Positions 45,613 to 51,811 of a stretch of 51,811 bases of DNA are shown here, piece by piece (position 1 is the stretch's first letter; every line of letters starts with the position of its first letter). Origin of the DNA: Escherichia phage SECphi27; the sequence record LT961732. One strand, written 5' to 3'. Both the position numbers and the translations under genes were made by a program. The notes beneath the pieces were generated by a model. The model had not been told where the DNA came from, ran no database searches, and saw only the letters and a program-made list of their open reading frames with translations.

Positions 45613-47605
45613 TATACAATTTCCCCCATTTGGTGATCTGTTAGTGTCTTGTGCCATATGCGGAAGTTTCTTAAGTGTCCGAAAAAGTGACGAGAACCAT
45701 CAGATCCTGCACCACCGAATCTTATTGTCTTACTGGTTGTTGGCTTAAAACCATGCTTAACCTCTGCTTTGTTCCCTTTTACGGAATTTGAAAAGATATA
45801 CGCATAACTCCCGTCGTATACTCCGCCAACTGTTATTGCTCCCTGAGCAGAATCATAATTATTCTTTATTTCAGTGGAAATGTGTACGGTTGGTGACTCG
45901 CCATATCTAGCAATATTCCAGTATGTTGAATGTCTATCGCTTCTTATTGAGCATACCATTGACTCACCAACATCAGGCGCACCAATATCCCATATCCTCG
46001 GCGCTGAATTTGGTAAGGTAGTCCATGTTTTATTTACCTCAAGCAAAAAACTAAGCGGGTGAGATATTAAATTATTAAATGACACGACATTAACTAAGTC
46101 ACTAGCCCTTGTCGCAGGGGTTCCCTCTGTGACGATAAATGACGACGAGCACGCACCACCTTCCACTTGAGGTGTTGAGATGTATATGTAATCATCAACT
46201 TCTGTGCTTCCTCCTTTTCGCGGGGCATATTGCACCATTGCACCAATCATGCTTTCCTGTTCTAATGCTGTGATCGTAGCCTCAAAAAATATCCATTTGC
46301 TTGACTCATCCCTTACCGCTCTTGCTGTTATCCTGTTTGCAGCGCCGCCGGTTTTTTCTATTGACAAATCCTCAAGACCGAGGTAAGCATCACCTAGAAA
46401 GGTATATCCGCTATCATTATAACTTTCAAATCTAAGTCTGCATCTTATGTTTCCTTTACCACCCTTGACTCTGCATGAGATTGTTACTCTTTTTTCTTCA
46501 CCAGTAACATCAAAACCCTTATTACCAGATACTGTAACTATGTTAATAGCCGATGTTTGCCCTACCATTTCTGGCTTCAATGTAAACTTGCCAAATGAAA
46601 AACCGAAATCATCAACTCCTGATTGGTTTAACACCATGTTTGATGACTTGTTCCATTTTGAAGGATTGGTACTATTTATGAGAAGGTTTGTTCTCTGCCC
46701 CTCAATTAGCAAGCCTTCACGTTCAAAACGCGGTTCGTCAATGTCAGCATCAGTAAGAAATCCTGACTTATTAATGTATGTCGCCTTTGATGCTCGCTTA
46801 AAATTTACAACTTTATCCGACGGCATATTGATCACATCATCACCAACTTTTATCTTTTTATACCCAGGCGCAAAACCAGTTATCATATCAAGCGAATCAT
46901 TAAACGGTATCCACACGTCCGGCAACGGTTGCAATAAGTCTTTGTAAGGTTCTGCGGCCTGTTTTGCGTATTCCTCCGCTTGATCTCGCGCGATTTCAGC
47001 ACCTGCCTTTGCGGTGTTCGCAGCATCACGCGCAGTTTCAGCGCCTTCTCTTGCTGTTTCAGCGCCAGCCTTTGCAGTGTTTGCAGCGTCGCGCGCGGAT
47101 TCAGCGGCAGCCTTTGCAGTATCAGCACCTTTCTTGCTATTCGCTGCATTTGTTGCGCTTGTCTTCGCGTTATTCTCGCTGGTTTTAGCTGCCTGCTGGC
47201 TTGCTGCTGCTGCGTCAGCATTTGTCTTTACGTCTTCCTGGATCTTCTGTAGCTTATCCCAATCAAAATCCTTGATGATCTCAATAAATCCAGCAAACTC
47301 CGATTCCTTTCCCTGGTAATAACGCAGCGTTTCCGCTACGTCTTGCGCAAGACCATCAACCGTTAATGAGTCATGAAGCAAGATCAGGTAATTTGTCTTC
47401 TGGACTACCGCGCCGCCAGTAGTAATTGCGCGAATGCTTGTATCGCTAATCACTTCTGTAATCACAGCAGCTTGCAAAGGTTGAGCAAGAAAGAAAATAG
47501 TTGCGCCTGGGCGAATCAAGGTTAATTGCTCACGCCATTTTGTACCGTAACCAGTTACATAACCTTGCGCGTCCATAGACGCTTGGCCTTGTCTGTAAAT
47601 TGCCA
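45612..47605 (-). CDS. tail fibre protein with Ala-rich repeat region
   Basis: About 664 aa; repeats AKAGAETARDAANT; ORF track start 47630 is GTG, ATG 47605 follows AGGAGG RBS. Confidence 0.7.
46970..47230. repeat. Imperfect tandem repeats (about 45 bp units) encoding Ala-rich fibre segment
   Basis: Repeated ttcagcRcc...ctttgcRgt...cgcgc units; also yields long spurious antisense ORFs. Confidence 0.7.
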
Positions 47606-47624
47606 TTTGTAAAATCCTCCTAAA

Positions 47625-47644
47625 TAGCACTTTTTGCTAATGAC
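47625..47644 (+). promoter_or_regulatory. Conserved intergenic motif, inverted class, directly upstream of minus-strand tail fibre RBS
   Basis: Plus strand reads tagcactttttgctaatgac while flanking genes are on minus strand. Confidence 0.5.
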
Positions 47645-47671
47645 AATGCAGATAATAGCATTTTCAAATGC

Positions 47672-47696
47672 AAAAAAAAACCCCGCATAAGCGGGG
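47672..47696 (-). terminator. Intrinsic terminator after primase gene
   Basis: ccccgc-ttat-gcgggg followed by T9 on minus strand. Confidence 0.8.
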
Positions 47697-47713
47697 TAAA
47701 TACTAGCGGAGTT

Positions 47714-48643
47714 TTATAGCAGTGATTCGGGCTTGTAGAGTTTTCTTTCTACGCCCTGTTTAAAATTATCGTTAACAGGCATCATTATGTCAAGACCTCT
47801 TTCCTCTGCCGCGATTATCACATCACGATCATCTTTCCGGCAGACTACGCGCATCCTTCTTTCTCCTTTATATCTATGCGCAACCATTTCAAGATTTGAA
47901 GGGGTAAAGCAAGCCCACACCTCTTGACCAGTTGATAAATGAACATGCTGGGAATCAACCCAATCAAGGCACAAATAGATCGTCTTATCCGTGCTACCTG
48001 TTTTAACAACAGATCCGCGCGTGTAGTCGCGAGCTAAAAACCAATCCTTTCCATCCTCATCAATGAAAAGCACGTTACACATTTCATCATCCAGCCCGTC
48101 ATCATGCACCAGGTGACAAGGTAGCGCGTGAATGTATCGACCATCCTTGACGCCGCAATCATAATGACAATCTTCCGGCGGATATATCCCCTCATAAACG
48201 CTTAAAGGTGTGCGATCGAATTTTAATGTTTTTGCCATCACTTTTTCGCAACATTCATGACTTGCCTGTTTCCCGAACGAGTAACCAGAAGAACGCGAAG
48301 CGCGTTTGTTTGCTCTGATCCTGTAATCTTGTGGCACTTTTCCGAGGAAGCGGCCCAAAATGTTGATGGCCTCGCTGTAAGGTTCGCCAGTTAATTTCAT
48401 TAACCAACCGATCCCCGTGTCGTTGCCGCATACGTTGCAGATCGCGCCGCCGTCGCCCTCTTCATTTAGCTTATCAGTCCATCTAAAACGATCCTTACCG
48501 CCGCAGTGTGGGCAAGGTTGATGCTTTTTGTTGAAAACATCGCTATGCAGTCCGCAAATGCTTTGTAGTGCTTCACGCCATAACCCCTTCATATATGGCA
48601 AAACATCTTCTTTCTGATAGGTCATAAAGTTTTCAGTATTCAT
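47714..48643 (-). CDS. DNA primase (zinc-finger plus TOPRIM-like)
   Basis: CxxC...CxxC zinc-binding segment (CPHCGGKDRF...CNVCG) and acidic TOPRIM-like motifs; start moved to ATG 48643 after GAGG RBS. Confidence 0.65.
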   Translation of the reverse strand: MNTENFMTYQKEDVLPYMKGLWREALQSICGLHSDVFNKKHQPCPHCGGKDRFRWTDKLNEEGDGGAICNVCGNDTGIGWLMKLTGEPYSEAINILGRFLGKVPQDYRIRANKRASRSSGYSFGKQASHECCEKVMAKTLKFDRTPLSVYEGIYPPEDCHYDCGVKDGRYIHALPCHLVHDDGLDDEMCNVLFIDEDGKDWFLARDYTRGSVVKTGSTDKTIYLCLDWVDSQHVHLSTGQEVWACFTPSNLEMVAHRYKGERRMRVVCRKDDRDVIIAAEERGLDIMMPVNDNFKQGVERKLYKPESLL

Positions 48644-48697
48644 GGCAAACCTCAATAAAAAGCCCAGCAAATATTATCATTTCGCTGGGCCTTATCA

Positions 48698-49174
48698 TTA
48701 GCTATTCGTGCTGTTATCACCTTTGTAGAATCGTCCGCCTGGTTCGTAGTCTGAATTTTTGACTACGCGCAACATCTCGTATTTGTCGCAACGGGTAGTA
48801 AGAGGCTTACCGTTAGAATCAAACCGAAGATCTGGACGACAAAATGATGCGCGGTATCCTTTGCATCCATTATATTTGTAGTCGTTATGCACCTTTTGTG
48901 CTCCAGCGGCTGAAATCATACCACGCTTTCGCCACTGGTTAACGACTTGCTGAGATACGCGCAGACGTCGAGCCATAGCAGGAACGCCGCCGTAATACTC
49001 GATCAGAATGTCAAGGCGAGATTTCAGGCTTGCTTTTACCTCATCTCGCAGGATAAGAAATCCGGTTCGGTGTTTTCGTGGTTTTTTGTCTTTACCTCGT
49101 CGCGTTCCGTTGTTACCGTTAATAGTGCGCTTGTCGATCTCACCCGTAGATACTGCAATTCGTGCATCTTTCAT
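48698..49174 (-). CDS. HTH DNA-binding protein (putative regulator)
   Basis: 158 aa; helix-turn-helix-like AMARRLRVSQQVVNQWRKRG; basic N-terminus; divergent from helicase gene. Confidence 0.55.
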   Translation of the reverse strand: MKDARIAVSTGEIDKRTINGNNGTRRGKDKKPRKHRTGFLILRDEVKASLKSRLDILIEYYGGVPAMARRLRVSQQVVNQWRKRGMISAAGAQKVHNDYKYNGCKGYRASFCRPDLRFDSNGKPLTTRCDKYEMLRVVKNSDYEPGGRFYKGDNSTNS

Positions 49175-49186
49175 CTAGTCACCTCA

Positions 49187-49205
49187 TAGCATTTTTTGTT
49201 AAAAC
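49187..49205 (+). promoter_or_regulatory. Conserved intergenic motif (variant TAGCATTTTTTGTTAAAAC), forward class
   Basis: In 88-bp divergent region; tattatatact downstream; precedes helicase ATG 49262. Confidence 0.55.
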
Positions 49206-49261
49206 AGTTTATTGTAATGAGTCTATTATATACTCCAAATGGCATTTTTTAAAGGTTTAAG

Positions 49262-51259
49262 ATGATTCCAAATATCGAAAAACAAATATCAGCATTAGGC
49301 GAGGCAGTAATAAAAAGCATCCAAGAGCGATTCACGGTTGGCAATATAGTGCCTTATCCTTATCAGTGCGTTGCGTATGCAGAGATCGCAAAGCGCATGA
49401 AAAACTATGAGCATCCTTTCTTTGTTAAGGCTTCTGTGTCGGCTGGCAAAACATTGATGTTTGCTATGGTTGCGGCGCAATGCCGCAAAATGGGATTGAA
49501 AATGATGGTCCTTGCTCGCCAGGCTGAAATTGTTGATCAGGATTCGGAAGAGATCAGCAATCTTGGCGTGCCAAACTCAATCTATTGCGCCGGACTGAAA
49601 ACAAAAAGCGCATACTTTCCGATCGTGGTCGGTTCTGAGGGCACTGTAGTAAACGGATTGTTTAAGTCGTTAGGTGATTATGTTCCGCACGTTATCGGTA
49701 TTGATGAATGTCACCAGGTGGATTGGGAGGATCTCGCGGACGCGATAGAAAATAATGAATCTTACCAGCAGATGACCACTAAGAAGGATTTGCCAGTACT
49801 GATTGGAGAAGAACAGCAATTTGATTCCAATGGCGATCCAATGTTCGGAACAGGGCGCACACAGTACACCGTAATAATCATGGAAATGATGCGCAGGTGT
49901 CGCGAGGCATACGGGCACGAATTGCGAATATTCGGTATGACTGGATCTGAATTTCGCGGCGTGGTTCCAATACTGGTTGAAGATAAGAACAAAAAGGGAT
50001 TCTGGCGTGAGCAGGTGACTAACATAGATACAAACTACTTAATCAAATTCGGTTCGGTAGTGCCAACAAACTTCGGCGACGTAGGCGACCTGGGTTATGA
50101 CCTTTCAGAGTTCGAAGCCAGTAGCGAGGATGGCGTTTCAGACTTTGACGCTAAAACATTGCGCAAGATGGAAGAAAAGATCCATCAAGACGCAACAATG
50201 ACACAGAAAATCATGGCTAAAGTCCATGAGATATGCAAAGACAGGAACGGAGTTTTAGTTACATGCGCAGGGGAAAGGCACTGCAAGGAGGCCGCAGCCG
50301 CACTGCCGCCAGGCGTTGAATACAGGATCATAACTGGCAAGACTGGAGATAATCAGCGTAAAGAGTGGCTGAGGGAGGCATACGAGGGAAAAGTAAAATA
50401 CATCTTCCAGGTACAGGCGCTTACCACTGGCGTTAACGTTCCGTTTTGGGATACTTCGGTAATACTGAGAAAGATAGGATCTCTAACATTGCTCATCCAG
50501 CTTTTGGGGCGCGGTATGCGACTGCTTAAGCAATGGCACATTGAGCAGGGATTCAAGAAAAAAGATCATCTTGTATTGGATTTTGCAGGTACTATGGATG
50601 AGTTAGGTGATTTGTATTTCGATCCAATCCTTGAGCAAGCGCAATTCCAAAAGAGATTTACAAACGGGAAAGAGCCTAAGACTTGTCCGATATGTGGAAC
50701 GCTAAACAGTTTTTACGCTCGCCGATGTATGCACGTAGACGATAACGGGAAGCGATGCGAGCATTTTTGGACTTACAGAATTTGCGAGGATCAGGTAGAT
50801 CCGAGAACGAAAAAGATAATCAAGCGCGGTTGCGGAACAAAAAACGACGTAGTGGCGAGAGTATGCCGTTGTTGCGATATTTCTCTTGTCGATCCTAACG
50901 AGAAGTTAAGCGGTAAGCACTACACCAAAAACGATTGGTGCAACGTTAAATCTTTCCGCGTTGATATGACGAAAAACCAGAAAGGAATTATTTTTTGCTA
51001 TGAGCTTGAGGCCAACGGCGACACGTTCAAGGCATACGAAAGATTTTTCCCTGAGTCAGAAAGCAACATTTGCCGGACGATATGGAGAAAAATAGCATTG
51101 CAGCACATAACGGATCGCAAGATTGCTGGTATGGTGGCGAGCTATAGAAATGCGCGTAAAATAATGTCATACGCTCATCACATCATGCCTCCTGTACGCG
51201 TAACGCATCGCAAAAACGGCAAAGGTGAGGATAACATTGCAAAACGGGAGTTTGTTTAA
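49262..51259 (+). CDS. SF2 DNA helicase
   Basis: 665 aa; Walker A SAGKT; DExH box GIDECHQ; Cys-rich zinc-ribbon-like C-terminal segments. Confidence 0.8.
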   Translation: MIPNIEKQISALGEAVIKSIQERFTVGNIVPYPYQCVAYAEIAKRMKNYEHPFFVKASVSAGKTLMFAMVAAQCRKMGLKMMVLARQAEIVDQDSEEISNLGVPNSIYCAGLKTKSAYFPIVVGSEGTVVNGLFKSLGDYVPHVIGIDECHQVDWEDLADAIENNESYQQMTTKKDLPVLIGEEQQFDSNGDPMFGTGRTQYTVIIMEMMRRCREAYGHELRIFGMTGSEFRGVVPILVEDKNKKGFWREQVTNIDTNYLIKFGSVVPTNFGDVGDLGYDLSEFEASSEDGVSDFDAKTLRKMEEKIHQDATMTQKIMAKVHEICKDRNGVLVTCAGERHCKEAAAALPPGVEYRIITGKTGDNQRKEWLREAYEGKVKYIFQVQALTTGVNVPFWDTSVILRKIGSLTLLIQLLGRGMRLLKQWHIEQGFKKKDHLVLDFAGTMDELGDLYFDPILEQAQFQKRFTNGKEPKTCPICGTLNSFYARRCMHVDDNGKRCEHFWTYRICEDQVDPRTKKIIKRGCGTKNDVVARVCRCCDISLVDPNEKLSGKHYTKNDWCNVKSFRVDMTKNQKGIIFCYELEANGDTFKAYERFFPESESNICRTIWRKIALQHITDRKIAGMVASYRNARKIMSYAHHIMPPVRVTHRKNGKGEDNIAKREFV

Positions 51260-51678
51260 TGGCTATAACTGATAAAGGAGATTATCTTGAGTTTTACGAA
51301 AGAGATCCAACCGACACGAGAAAGGAAGTTAATCACCAGATAGATAGCTTTCAGTGGTTGACTTATGCTCATCCTTATTTGCTAGCGTGGCATACGGTAA
51401 ACGAGAATGAGAAGTCGAAAGTAACGGCGATGATTGATCAGCAGTCCGGCTTGGTTAAGGGGGTAAGCGATTTCATCATCCTGATTGGTTCAAACGGAAA
51501 ATACCCCTTTGCAGCGATTGAGATCAAACGAGTGAATAAATCAGGCAAGGGGAAAGCATCACCAGTCAGCGATGAACAAAAGGCTTTTTTGCGTCGCGTT
51601 CGCAGCTTAGGAGGATTCGCTGCGGTCGCCTACGGATTTAATCAGTTTAAGTTAGCTATTGAATACATGCTTAAATAG
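51259..51678 (+). CDS. VRR-NUC domain nuclease
   Basis: 139 aa; D...E-x-K motif (SDFIILIG...AIEIKR) typical of VRR-NUC PD-(D/E)XK nucleases; ATGA overlap with helicase. Confidence 0.65.
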   Translation: MAITDKGDYLEFYERDPTDTRKEVNHQIDSFQWLTYAHPYLLAWHTVNENEKSKVTAMIDQQSGLVKGVSDFIILIGSNGKYPFAAIEIKRVNKSGKGKASPVSDEQKAFLRRVRSLGGFAAVAYGFNQFKLAIEYMLK

Positions 51679-51694
51679 CACTTTTTGTTAAAAC
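51676..51694 (+). promoter_or_regulatory. Conserved intergenic motif, forward class, upstream of dam
   Basis: Begins with TAG stop; hairpin tggcgc/gcgcca 51695-51714; taattc; RBS GGAG; dam ATG at 51759. Confidence 0.6.
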
Positions 51695-51756
51695 TGGCGC
51701 GATGGATTGCGCCATAATTCAATAACACGAGATGGCTTTTAATAGCGGAGAAATGA

Positions 51757-51811
51757 AAATGGCTAAAGATATTTTAGATAAAGACACCCATGACGCATTC
51801 GTTAGCTTTGA
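51757..51811. repeat. Second copy of the terminal direct repeat (same as 1-55)
   Basis: Exact identity with window start. Confidence 0.9.

Noticed and set aside
46447-47319. Several plus-strand ORFs (166, 101, 90, 74 aa) antisense to the tail fibre gene
   Set aside because: Created by the Ala-rich repeat region read on the opposite strand; mutually overlapping; low-complexity Ala/Ser/Cys translations.

Overview
The window looks like a complete, circularly permuted genome of a virulent T1-like (Drexlerviridae-type) siphophage of an enterobacterial host. The first 55 nt (1-55) recur at 51757-51811, so the unit genome is about 51,756 bp. No integrase, repressor-lysogeny module, tRNA, rRNA or CRISPR array was seen. 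The layout is modular: (i) Dam-like methyltransferase, HTH-metallophosphoesterase and a lysis cassette (holin, SAR endolysin, unimolecular spanin) at 3-3932; (ii) a minus-strand early block (4171-11075) of small unknown genes plus a P-loop NTPase and a minimal m5C-methyltransferase-like gene; (iii) a plus-strand block of small ORFs with a split kinase/phosphatase (11768-20240); (iv) a packaging, head and tail module (terS, terL, portal, scaffold, major capsid, major tail, frameshifted chaperone, tape measure, lambda M/L/K/I/J-like tail tip) at 20319-40317; (v) a minus-strand split gene and a Cor-like lipoprotein; (vi) a recombination module (PD-(D/E)XK exonuclease, Erf-like annealase, SSB); (vii) minus-strand tail fibres, primase and an HTH protein; (viii) SF2 helicase and VRR-NUC nuclease. 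The most striking unexplained signal is a roughly 19-nt intergenic motif (TAGCACTTTTTGTTAAAAC) present about 20 times, usually abutting the upstream stop codon and followed by a covarying hairpin, a TATAAT-like hexamer and a CATCGAAACGA box. Two paralogous AT-rich noncoding regions, a candidate anti-restriction module, and a homopolymer-split gene next to cor are the other main leads. All product calls rest on motifs read by eye, not on database searches. Hand-located small elements may be off by 1-2 nt; at 9841-9910 my reading of the sequence disagreed with the ORF track by one base.
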